Shown piece after piece: positions 49,063 through 60,972 of a stretch of 60,972 nt of DNA. The DNA lies in assembly GCF_006345805.1 (NCBI RefSeq), contig NW_021833750.1, positions 1 to 60,972 of the forward strand, in the 5' to 3' direction. The notes below the pieces were generated by a model. That model was given only the letters and a program-made list of their open reading frames with translations, ran no database searches and was not told the origin of the DNA. Each line of letters starts with the position of its first letter. Position 1 is the stretch's first letter. The position numbers and the translations under genes were made by a program. Source of the DNA: Octopus sinensis (lineage: Eukaryota).

Positions 49063-51320
49063 CAGGGACACACGATGGCAAAGGACAAGCAGAAGAAACC
49101 TCAGGTAATTAAAATAATCAATCTCTCAAACAAAGAACTTACACCTAACGAAATAAGCATACTCTCCAAAGGACTTAAATTTACACCAACCCCACAACGT
49201 TCTAATTACTATGAAAGAAAGATGATATTTCGGAATTTTGTAGGAAACTAAGGCTTACCGAGGAATTTCATGGCAAACAAATAGATGATGAATCAATAGC
49301 TAGAAACAACAGCAATTACACCCCTACCAAGGGAAAGAATAAAGCCTTAGACCGCTATTGTGACTACATAACTAATTTTCCTTTTCAATTCACCAAGAAA
49401 CAAAAACACAGCCAAAACTTTAACAAAAGAGAATAGAACGACCTCATCAAACTAAGAGAAGACAAAACAATAACAATTAAGGAGGCAGATAAGGGCAACG
49501 CGGTAGTATTAATGAATACAAACGATTATAAAAATTTAGTGCTATCCCTATTAAGAGATGAAACGTATTATGAAAGGCCCAACAGTATAATCAGCCAAAA
49601 ATAATGTATAACCTCAGGACATTAATCAACACATACCGAGAAGGACTCACGGACAAGGAGTATGAATACATCACTAACTTCAAGTGCAAATCAAGTTTGT
49701 TCTACGGAATCCCTAAAGTCCACAAAAGCCAAATAATTAGTGAAACATGCAAAACATCTACCGATATACTCATCAAAATCCCTTCACCAAATGATCTTAA
49801 ACTTAGACCGATAATAGCAGGCCCAACATGTGAAACTCACCGCCTCAGCAATTTCTTAGACACACTTCTTAAACCTTTCCTAAAGCACATCAAAAGCTAC
49901 GTAAGAGACGATATAGACATGCTTAACCACCTCCCTAAAATAGTCAATGAGAAAACCCTTCTAGTATCCTTCGACGTAATTAACCTTTATTCAAACATCC
50001 CTCACACCCTAGGAATAGAAGCGATCACTTTCTGGCTAATAAACTACTCCTTTGAACTCCCAACTCGCATAAATAAAGAACTTATAATGGAAGGACTTAG
50101 ATTTATTTTAGAAAACAATTACTTTATTTTAGAAAACAATTACTTTATTTTTGACAATAATTTCTACAGACAAAGATCGGGAACAGCGATGGGCACGCGT
50201 ACTGCGCCTTCTTTTCCCAACCTAGTGATGAGATACCTCGAGAAAATACTCTACCAGATAACACTCGAGAAATATGGAAACACCTTCTCCACCTTTATCC
50301 AGAACAATTGAAAAAGATACCTCGACGACTACTTTATCCTCTGGGATAAAAGTATAGAGAAACTTGAGGAATTTAAAATACTATTAAATGGAATAAATGA
50401 TAATATACAATTCACGATGGATCATAACGAAGAAGAATTACCATTTTTAGACATCCTCGATAAGAAAGCCGGCAACCCAGTAGAGACAGATATCTATTAT
50501 AAACCGACAGACTCCAAACAGTACCTACCCTTTGATTCATGCCACCCAAGACACACTAGAATAAATGTCCCTTTTTGTTTAGCTAGAAGGATTTGCACCA
50601 TAATTTCAGACACAAACACCCGACACACACGTCTCCAGGAACTTAGAACTACACTCATAAATAGAAATTATCCACAGCCCCTAATAGACAGTGCAATCCA
50701 ACGGGCACTTAAATTAAGTATAGAAGACCTGAGACAAACAAAACCAAAAAAGAAAGAAAAATTAAAAACCCTTCCCTACATCTCTACATACAACCCACTT
50801 AACAATGAGGCCTTCAGCACCATACTACAAAGCACAGACCTACTAAAGGGAGACCCAAATATGAACCGGATCCTCGAAACACACACCATCATTAAAAATA
50901 AACGGCAACCAAAATCCTTGAAAAGGATTTTAACCCAAGCTAAACTGCACTCAACATCAACCACAAAACCAGCAGTTAGAAAATGTGGAAGGCCCAACTG
51001 CGGAATCTGTGTCATCTTGGTAGAAGGTTCAGAATTTATACTAGAACAAGGCCATCAGTTCACCATTAGAACAAACATCACCTGTCCATCAGAATACTTA
51101 ATTTACGTCTTAACATGCGCAGGCTGCAATAGGCAGTATATAGACCATACAAAAAATAGCTTACGTAAAAGGATGGCGGTGCATAAATCCCAAATTAGAA
51201 ACCCTGAATACCGGAAAATACCGGTCAGCGGACATATAGATAGATGTGCTACAAATGAAAATCCGAAATTTACAACTTACCCACTTTACAAATTCAATTC
51301 ACCCAACGCCAAAATAAAGA
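49063..51320 (+). mobile_element. Near-complete Neptune-type Penelope-like element (RT plus Cys-motif GIY-YIG), with stops and frameshifts
   Basis: NLS..LSKGLKF, EADKGNAVV, LRPII, SFDVINLY, GTAMG, RYLDD, YYKPTDS..HP, CGRPNCGIC..LIYVLTC..C..QYI. Confidence 0.95.
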
Positions 51321-51853
51321 ACTTTCCTCTTGGCATATTTCCTTTCTTCTCTGTCTCATTTACACGCAATTTTGATACCTTCTTTCCACACGCTATTCCT
51401 CGCTCAACCGTTCTCTCTTTTTACGCCGACGCTCTCGTGTTCGCCTACATTCCATTATCCATATTTTAAAACTTGTTAATAAAACAAAATATCTCCAAAA
51501 TGTTTCGGAGTGTTTCAATAGAGAAACATATACGAATGTATTAAACAGTTTTTGTTTAAAAGGTGGAAATATTTCTGAAATACTCACCTAATATGCAAGT
51601 ACACAATATATAGGATACGGTAATAAATTATATTGTAGGAGAGTAAAAAGTAAAGGGTAAAATAGAATTAATATTTTTGATCTTGTTCGGCTCTATGAAT
51701 TCAATTTTGTTTTTAATGCTTTCGTCAATTGCTTGATACAAGAAAAAAGAAATTGGAAAAATCTTGACTAAAAATGAGAAATTCGAACTCAACAAAAAAT
51801 ACAGAAAGAAAAAGTTGCGTTTATTTCCACCACGTGACACTTATTATCGCACG

Positions 51854-51917
<64 letters not shown>

Positions 51918-54694
51918 TACATATGTGAATGAATGTGTGTGTCTATATGCGTGTATGTATGTTTGTGTATTTTAGTTATTTACTTAGACACATCAACAAA
52001 TTAGCCAATTGAACAACTCTGTGTTGTTGTTCAATTTGCTAGAAATAACAGCCAAACCTCTCTCATACTTTACTTTTGTTAGTATTAAAGAAAAGGGAAA
52101 AATAGAATTGGTATTTTTGATTTTGTTATGCCCTATGAATTTAATAGTTTTAATGTTTTTATCCATTACTTGATACAAGGAAAAAGAAATTGGAAAAATT
52201 CTGACCAAAACATAGAAATTGTAACTTAACAAAAATATAGAAAGAGAAAGAAAAGGTATTCGAAAGCAAAAAGATGTTTTTTAGCTGAGATGTAACTATA
52301 TAATTTAAATCAAATTCAAAATTTAAATTTCGGAACGTTAGATTTTACATGTTATCTGGTGTATGGCCGAATTCAAAAGGGTAGAAGGCTTAAAACAACT
52401 ATGTGTGTATTTGGGCCTTTAATAGCCAGGGGTCAGTTTCAGTTCAATCGTAGAAAGGAATTCAAATACCTATGAACCACTTCCTTTCACTTTCTCTATC
52501 TTTCTTTCTCACTTCCTCTCTCTCTCTCCCTTGCTCGACAGGCGTCAAATTTAAGATACTTAAAATAATAGTGGCTGAGAATATATGTATCGCTGATCAT
52601 GAGCAGAAGTGGGGGAGCATCATAGACATGTGCCGAGAGGAATACTTTGGGATTTGGATAATTCACCTTTGGGAAACATGGGTGTTTCGTTCAACATCCT
52701 TAAACAACTCTTATTCAGGGACATTTTGAGTGGGATGTGCTACTCGGACTGAAGAAAATTGTAACTGGGCTCCACCTGGAGATGGAGGTAACCAAAATGT
52801 GGAATCTAAAACCAGAAACAATTCCTATCATAGTAGGTGCATTAGGCATGATAAAAAAATATTCAGACAAATACATAACAAAAAAAACAGGACTTACAAA
52901 CACATATACCATAGAGAAAATTGCACTACTAGGCACTGCACACATCCTACGCAGAACACTTTCCATACAATAACCATCAGAGCATCACAACAAATCACAG
53001 CACATACCCAAGGCACACAGAGCTGCGCTCGGTAGTGAAGTGAAAGCACGCTATAAAAATAAAACTACTGAATGATAATAATAATAATAATAACAACAAC
53101 AACAACAACAACAACAATAATAATAATAATTATAATAATAATTTCTACTATAGGCAAAAGGCCTGAAATTTAAGAGGCGGGGTCTATTACATCGACCCCT
53201 GTACGCAATTGACACTGATTTCCTCAGCCGAAAGGATGAAATGCGAAGTAGACCTCAGTGGAATTTGAATTCAGAACGTAAAAGCGGGAGCAATACTGGA
53301 AAGAATTTTACCCAGTGTGCTAATGTTTTTGTTGCACTCTCAAGTGCTCAATTGCCATATATATCATTTATTTTAAGTTAATCCCCATCTCAGATCCTAG
53401 TGTCATAAAGCTGGCATGAAATAAAATTTAACATAATGAACTGCAGGGAGTTACATATGTAGTTAATTCAATCATTATCTTACGGGTTGTGAAAATGAAC
53501 CAGACTGCCTACCTGCCTCTTTTCTCGTTCCTATCCCCAACATGTTCACTAACAGCCCTGTAAGCTATAAATCTTTTGAACGCCTTACGCACTAGCTAAC
53601 CATTTAATGTATTTCTAGCTTTGCTATGTTCTCTCATTCAAAGCTAGCCTCAGCTGGAATCAGCTTCGGCTGGCCCACTGTGGTGAAATGTTGTTCATAT
53701 ATTGTTTGAAATGTTATGCATCACCTAATGAAAGCGTTTCTTTTTGTTATGATACAATGTACTAATTAATCCATTAAAGATATCCGCAGGAAACTGCTGT
53801 AATGAAGTAAAGCGTATCCATCGTTTTGTTAATTTTTTGTTCATAATGCACCTCACTGGAATTCCGACCCGTCTGGAGTATACCAAATACTGTACGACCA
53901 ATATAATGTAGAGCTTTGGTTTGGCCATTAGGCTATTAAAATACTCATGAGGTTTAAATTCTCTATATATATAACCTGAATATTTCAGGATGTACTTCTG
54001 TACCCATGATATTTATTCGACTTAAGGGGCTGTTTACAAATTAATTCGACCCAACCTGATATCTATAATTTAAGTACCCGATTCTTTTCAATCTTTAATA
54101 TGTATATATATATATGCATATATTTATGTGTTTGTGTTTTTGTGTCTCCTCAGGATGCTGTACAGAAAATTGCAGGAAGTGCAGTATTGCAAGTGGTAGG
54201 TGAAAAGAATTTCTTTGACCGCGTGGTTGGACAGGAAACAGATGGCGACAGTGCGTCTGTGTAGGGTAGGGAATCATTGTGGCTTGTGAGCAAATGAGCT
54301 TGTGTGCACGTGTGCCCGTGCACATGTGAGCGTGTGGGTGGGTGTATATTTATAAGTATGTTTCTGTGCGTGTGATGGGCTACTCAACCTGAATAAAATT
54401 CTAACTGGTCCTTACTTGCATGGTCATGCGCTGTTTAACTTGATATAATATCATCATGTCGCGCACATGTAGCTGTGATACATGTGTTTGGAGTATCTTC
54501 ATTGGACAGGTAGTCATGATGGGTGTACTGGGCTCCGTATATTTGTACCCCAGTCTCACTTTGATGACACGCTCTGCTCTCTAACTCAATAATAATAATA
54601 ATAATAAAAATAAAAATAATAATAAAAATAAAAATAATAATAATAATAATAATAACAATAAGAAGAAGAAGAAGAAGAAGAAGAAGAAAAAGAA

Positions 54695-55595
54695 AGATGG
54701 TATTGGCACACACCAGAAAAGGTCACAGAAAACGAGAAAGCAACCATACTACGGGATATGCCGAAACACACAGATAGAGAAATTAAGGCAAACCGACCAG
54801 ATATAGTTGTCAGAGATCTCTCTCTATATAAACGGCAGTTTGTCTGTGCGTGTTTCTGTGTGTCTGTTTTCTCGTACCCTCACCCTGACCACGGCTTTCA
54901 ACCGATTCTGATGAAACTTGACACACACATAGCCCAATGTCATAATTCAAAACTAACGCAGCGAAAATTTTGAAAAGTTCCCCCAGTTCTGAAAAAAATC
55001 GATAAATTCGACATGGGGTCGAGAATAAAAAAAAACAAACCACAGACTGTCTAGGGGACGCAAATCAACCTTTTTTTACTCTCAAAAAAAAATTTACCAT
55101 CATTTTTTTCCCATTTTTTTGCTATTTTTTGGCTATAACTCTCTAAAAATGCTTTATAGTTATTTCCCTTACAAACCTGAGCAACGCCGGGCGATACTGC
55201 TAGTCATGAATAAAAAAAATGCTTTCTGATTGATGTATCAATACCGGCAGATGACAACGTGTCTCTAAAAGAAATAGAGAAACATTCAAAATACAAAGAC
55301 CTGGAAATAGACGTAACCAGTATGTGGAATCTAAAACCAGAAACAATTTCTATCATAGTAGGTGCATTAGGCATGGTAAGAAAATATTCAGACAAATACA
55401 TAACAAAAACACCAGGTTTTACAAACACATGCCGTAGAGAAAATTGCACTACTAGGCACTGCACACATCCTACGCAGAACACTTTCCATACAATAACCAT
55501 CAGAGCATCACAACAAATCACAGCACATACCCAAGGCACACAGAGCTGCGCTCGGTAGTGAAGTGAAAGCACGCTATAAAAATAAAACTACTGAA
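54695..55595 (+). mobile_element. R4/Dong family A 3' fragment split by a Helitron-like insertion (another 3' fragment at 52778-53075)
   Basis: Homologous to 12275-12792. Confidence 0.9.
54817..55203 (+). mobile_element. 387-bp non-autonomous Helitron-like element
   Basis: 5' TC, 3' GC-rich GCAACGCCGGGCG motif then CTAG; inserted between A and T of the R4 sequence without TSD. Confidence 0.8.
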
Positions 55596-57424
55596 TGATA
55601 ATAATAATAATAATAACAACAACAACAACAACAACAACAATAATAATAATAATTATAATAATAATTTCTACTATAGGCAAAAGGCCTGAAATTTAAGAGG
55701 CGGGGTCTATTACATCGACCCCTGTACGCAATTGACACTGATTTCCTCAGCCGAAAGGATGAAATGCGAAGTAGACCTCAGTGGAATTTGAATTCAGAAC
55801 GTAAAAGCGGGAGCAATACTGGAAAGAATTTTACCCAGTGTGTTAATGTTTTTGTTGCACTCTCAAGTGCTCAATTGCCATATATATCATTTATTTTAAG
55901 TTAATCCCCATCTCAGATCCTAGTGTCATAAAGCTGGCATGAAATAAAATTTAACATAATGAACTGCAGGGAGTTACATATGTAGTTAATTCAATCATTA
56001 TCTTACGGGTTGTGAAAATGAACCAGACTGCCTACCTGCCTCTTTTCTCGTTCCTATCCCCAACATGTTCACTAACAGCCCTGTAAGCTATAAATCTTTT
56101 GAACGCCTTACGCACTAGCTAACCATTTAATGTCTTTCTAGCTTTGCTATGTTCTCTCATTCAAAGCTAGCCTCAGCTGGAATCAGCTTCGGCTGGCCCG
56201 CTGTGGTGAAATGTTGTTCATATATTGTTTGAAATGTTATGCATCACCTAATGAAAGCGTTTCTTTTTGTTATGATACAATGTACTAATTAATCCATTAA
56301 AGATATCCGCAGGAAACAGCTGTAATAAAGTGACGCGTATCCATCGTTTTGTTAATTTTTTGTTCATAATGCACCTCGCTGGAATTCCGACCCGTCTGGA
56401 GTATACCAAATACTGTACGACCAATATAATGTAGAGTATTTGGTTTGGCCATTAGGCTATTAAAATACTCATGAGGTTTAAATTCTCTCTATATATAACC
56501 TGAATATTTCTGGATGTACTTCTGTACCCATGATATTTATTCGGCTTAAGGGGCTGTTTACAAATTAATTCGACCCAACCTGATATCTATAATTTAAGTA
56601 CCCGATTCTTTTCAATCTTTAATATCGTATATATATATATTATATATATATATATTTATTTATATGTATATATTTATGTGTTTGTGTTTTTGTGTCTCCT
56701 CAGGCTGGTGTACAGAAAATTGCAGGAAGTGCAGTATTGCCAATGGTAGGTGAAAAGAATTTCTTTGACCGCCTGGTTGGAGAGGAAATAGATGGCGACA
56801 GTGCGTCTGTGTAGGGTAGGGAATCATTGTGACTTGTGAGCATATGAGCTTGTGTGCACGTGTGCCCGTGCACATGTGAGAGTGTGGTTTGGTGTACATT
56901 TGCAAGTGTGTTTCTGTGGGTGTGTCTCTGCGCTTGTGATTGTGCCTGTTTCTGTGTGTGCGCTGTATTTAATTTGATTTTCATTTTCAATCGTTTGTGT
57001 GTAAATGATGTTAATAGTAAGAAGTCGATGATAAACTATAGGCTAGGTGTCTGGAAAAGAGATTTAGAGAAATATTGGTGATCATGCTTGTTGAAGAAGA
57101 GTGTAGTTTTATTTATGGACGCATTACAACCAATCAAATAATTCTTCAAAAATAATGTTTGAGAAATCGAGGGAATTTTGCCTAATTCACTATCATCATT
57201 AATTCGGTTTCCTTGCCTACAATCATCAATGGTAATGAATGTTGGGTAATGACTGAAAGAATCCGATCGGCAATACAAGAGGCTGAAATGTGATTCTTCC
57301 GAAAGGTCTCAGTAATAATATTACTTGAGAACGTGCATGGCTCGGAGATCAGGCTCTATCTCTACTTCTCTGCTCTCAGAGTCCACAACCGCTGGACCTC
57401 TAGTTGAACACAATTGCTGGACCT

Positions 57425-58725
57425 CTAGATGAACAAAAATTATGGCAAGGTAACGAGCAAGGTGACTACTCTCACTCAGAGAAAACTATCCCTGACAGGT
57501 CGGTCACAATCACTTGACCGCAGCATTTTCCTTGTCACCATTTGATTATCCTGGATCGTATATTCTTCTGCTTTTTGTGGAAGGGACGCGTCCCGATGGT
57601 CAGACGGTGTATCTGCTGTCAACACCCGCTGCATGGTGGCCTGGGCATGCCGTGATTGATGATGCGCAGACGTGCACTGAGGCTACGCTATCTCTATTGC
57701 TTTCTTGATTGTGTGGTCGCCGTTCACCAGACACGTATTTCCGCAGCTAGTTTCGTTAACGGAGCTGCAGCTCTGGGTAAATTAGAGTGCTCAACTACTC
57801 GGACACTGCGATAGACAGAATGTCGACTTTATCTTTTTATAAAGAATTAGTGAAGGAAAAGAGCAACAACGTTCTTGCGGAGACCTTGAGTAATGAAGAA
57901 AATCAGCAAGCCGCTCTTTTCCAGAGAAATTTCGGCCCAGGACCAATGGATAATTTCCAAAAATGTCTGGCCTCGCAGTGCTACCGGGGAGATTTGCCTG
58001 TTCGAGATAAACTTTACATGTATGGAAATGCTGTCAGCCACGCATGTCCGAGATGTGTGCAGGACGACGAGACGGTCCGGCATGCACTCGTCCAGTGCCG
58101 AGCATTACTGACCTGTGGGCTTATGTCGAACAGCTGCTGTCGCTTGTAGGACGGACCTGGCTGTCAACTAAATCCATCGTGAAAATCGCCCCACGTCTTC
58201 ACTTAAGCGGGAAGGAAAGGCTGCGTTTATTTGGCTTGTGGCCATGGTGTAAGTGGTTGTATGGTGAACGAAATTGAAGAGGATGAAGACAAACACTTTT
58301 CTCTTTGGCCAATCCCTGATCAACTTCATCAAGTTTCACTTGAAAAGGAAAATAAAGGTAGAGAGGGAAGCATTGTCTTTTGGTCAGTTTGCTGGAAGGT
58401 GGATCAAAGTGGCGAGAATGGTGCGAATGAACGGGCCTGCTCTGAGCATACGCCCGTAGTTGGGAAAAAGGAAAGAAAAAAGACTCCTGCTCCATAAGTC
58501 AGTACACCATGGTTTTTATGGGGTTTTTCCATGAGTAGCCCCCGGACGTCTCCTCCCTATTGAGGATTACACATTGCTAAACTTTTGAAAAAATTCTTGT
58601 TAGTCTTGTTCACAGGCAAAACCCTCACAACAAAACACTCATACACGAATACACACACATTCTTTGCTTTGTCCTGTACTGGTCCATAATGTTTTTCTTA
58701 ATGTAAAACCTTGTGTTTGGTGAAG
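57425..58725 (+). mobile_element. Tx1/L1-like LINE 3' fragment
   Basis: RKLSLTGR; LPVRDKL..CPRC..ETVRHALVQC (zf-RVT-like); ends at (ATC)n. Confidence 0.75.
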
Positions 58726-58760
<35 letters not shown>

Positions 58761-58800
58761 GTCATCGTCATCATCATCATTATCATTATCATTATTATTA

Positions 58801-58891
<91 letters not shown>

Positions 58892-58985
58892 CGTCATCAT
58901 CATTATCACTATCATTATCATTATTATTATTATTATTGTTATTATTATTATTATTGTTGTTGTTGTTGCTGCTGCTGCTGCTGCT
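58725..58985. repeat. Compound trinucleotide microsatellite (ATC)n-(ATT)n-(GTT)n-(GCT)n
   Basis: Direct reading. Confidence 0.95.
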
Positions 58986-59470
58986 GTCTTGGATTGACAT
59001 TAAGAAGGCATGTGATATAGTGCCTCATTCTTAGATCGTTGAATGCCTGCAGATGGTTGGTGTTGCTGACAACATCACAAATTTTCTGATGCATAGCATG
59101 AAAGAGTGGTAAACCAAATTGTACTCAACTAATGTGTTCCCCGGAGGAGTTAATATTAAAAGGGGAATCTTCCAAGGTGACTTGCTTTCACCGTTACTTT
59201 TTGTAATTACACTAATACCCATAACAATGACACTTATTGAAGTTATGATGGGTTACCAATGTGCGAAGAAAGGCCCATCATTGAACCATCTTCTGTTTAG
59301 CGGTGACCTGAAATTGTTTGGGAAATCTGAAAAACATATAGATTCCTTAAACAAAACAGCCCAGAAGTGTGGTAGGGACATCGGTATGGAATTTGGGATT
59401 ACCAAATGCTCAGTACTTAATATGAAAAGAGGGAAGAAAGCAACCTGCAGAGGATTGCGGTTACCAAAGC
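58986..59470 (+). mobile_element. R4/Dong-type RT fragment (another family)
   Basis: WIDIKKACDIVPHS, RGIFQGDLLSPLLF, NHLLF.GDLKLF, DIGMEFG..KC. Confidence 0.85.
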
Positions 59471-60625
59471 TTTTATGAAAGCTCTCAAATCCAAAATTCT
59501 AAAGGCTTCAACCAAATCCATGAGAAAAATGGCAATTGAACTTGAGGTAGACAACAAGACCGTTAGAAATGCTGTAAAATATGATTTGAGGTTAAAATCT
59601 TACACAAGAACACCTAAACACTTGTTGACAACTGCTATGAAGGAAAAGAGATTGGAAAGGTGCAAGAAAATTATTACATGGTTCAAGAAATGTCTTCCAT
59701 TGTAACGATCTTTTAAGATAGAAAGATCTTCACTGTCGATGCTGTTCAGAACTGCAGAAATGACAGATTTATCGCAAAATCAACAGCTGAGGTTAAGGGG
59801 ACATTCAAAACAAAACATACTGCTCAAGTTATGGCTTTTGGTGTTGTGGTTTCCGATGGAAAGAAAATGCCTATAAAATTCTACAAAGCTGATGAAAAGA
59901 TCAATGTTTGTACTTACTACAAGCCTCTGAGATACCAGGTATTGCCATGGCTTAAAGCAAACCACCCAGATGGTAATTATGTATGGACACAGGATGATGC
60001 TCCAACCCACACAGCTAGAAAAATACAAGATTTCTGCAAATCCAACTTTTTGGAATCATATTTAAGGCCGTCTTCTAGCCCAGATCTAAGCCCTCTGGAT
60101 TATGTTATTTGTGGCGTTTTAGAACATACTACCAATAGAACATCACACAGCAATATTGACTCTCTTAAAGATGCTATTAAAGAAGAATTGGAGAAGTTGT
60201 CTTCCGAATATTTGAGGAACGCCTGTGCAAATTTCAGGAAGCGTGTGAAGGCAGTTATTGAGAAAGAAGCAGGACACAGAATAAAAATATTTTCTATTAC
60301 GTAAATTTTCTTGTGGCAAATAAATCCACATGACTTTCAATAATCTAATTGGTCATACACTGTCTTTCAATCCCTGCTTCAAAATGGGAGAAGAATGGGA
60401 GAAGTTGTCTTCCGAATATTTGAGGAACACCTGTGCAAATTTCAGGAAGCGTGTGAAGGCAGTTATTGAGAAAGAAGGAGGACCCATAGAATAAAAAACA
60501 TTTTCTATTATGTAAATTTTCTTGTGGCAAATAAATTCTCATGACTTTCAATATACTAATTCGTCATACACTGTCTTTCAATCCCTGCTTCAAAATATTG
60601 TAAATTTTGCTTCCCCACCCTGTAT
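59471..60625 (+). mobile_element. Tc1/mariner transposon of maT (DD37D)-like type, 5'-truncated and decayed
   Basis: KIFTVD, VMAFGVV, WTQDDAPTH, SPDLSPLDY; terminal CCCCACCCTGTA. Confidence 0.85.
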
Positions 60626-60972
60626 ATACAGACACTCACTCATACGCACAAACACACACACAGTTATATAATTATGATTTTTTTGTTTTTGTTCCTACTT
60701 CCAACTACTGTATACTGAGAAGACTTTAAACATTCTTTTATTAATGTTTATCTTTCATACTTTGTTTAGGTTATACCATCCCTAGAAGAGTTGAAAACAA
60801 AAACAGAAATAGAACTTGAAGATATGTACCATGGGTAATATTCTTCCATTCCTTTATCTATTACACGCTGTTGTGTGTTAACTATAATATAAAAAATCTT
60901 TCTATGTTAGATGATTTCCATGTGTTTTAACATGAACATAAAACTGTTCTCTCATCTATTTGTTTTTCTTAC

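Larger units (their letters stand above)
52912..56922. repeat. Direct duplication about 52912-54372 / 55434-56922
   Basis: R4 3' end, identical AAT/AAC compound repeat, SINE and about 1 kb of unique sequence repeated. Confidence 0.95.

Noticed and set aside
53615-53765. Cys-containing open frame LCYVLSF...YCLKCY...FCYDTMY as an upstream exon of the Cys-rich candidate
   Set aside because: Ends in a stop, with no clear splice donor in a compatible frame.
54154-54264. Apparent positive selection (all changes non-synonymous in one frame)
   Set aside because: The adjacent non-coding 110 bp is at least as diverged, so the excess reflects the local identity gradient.

Overview
Gene-poor, microsatellite-saturated eukaryotic genomic DNA. 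The (AT)n/(CA)n/(AAT)n load and the SINE/LINE families suggest a cephalopod such as Octopus; this is an inference, not a database result. I found no convincing intact host gene, rRNA, tRNA or CRISPR array. The window consists of fragments of Penelope-like elements (PLEs, at least 5 families), R4/Dong-type REL-endonuclease LINEs, CR1, RTE and Tx1/L1-like LINEs, tRNA-derived SINEs, Tc1/mariner elements and Helitron-like elements. Main structures: (1) a large inverted duplication (1-15619 vs 24618-33354) whose arms differ by filled/empty insertion sites; (2) many local fold-back inverted repeats; (3) direct duplications at about 35.9-41.4 kb and 52.9-56.9 kb. The most notable signals are a series of type-I hammerhead-ribozyme-like motifs from several unrelated PLE repeat families, including non-canonical cores, and a PLE endonuclease whose GIY and YIG halves are separated by an Asn/Ser/Thr-rich insert of about 250 codons. 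All alignments and folds were done by eye; coordinates of decayed elements are approximate.
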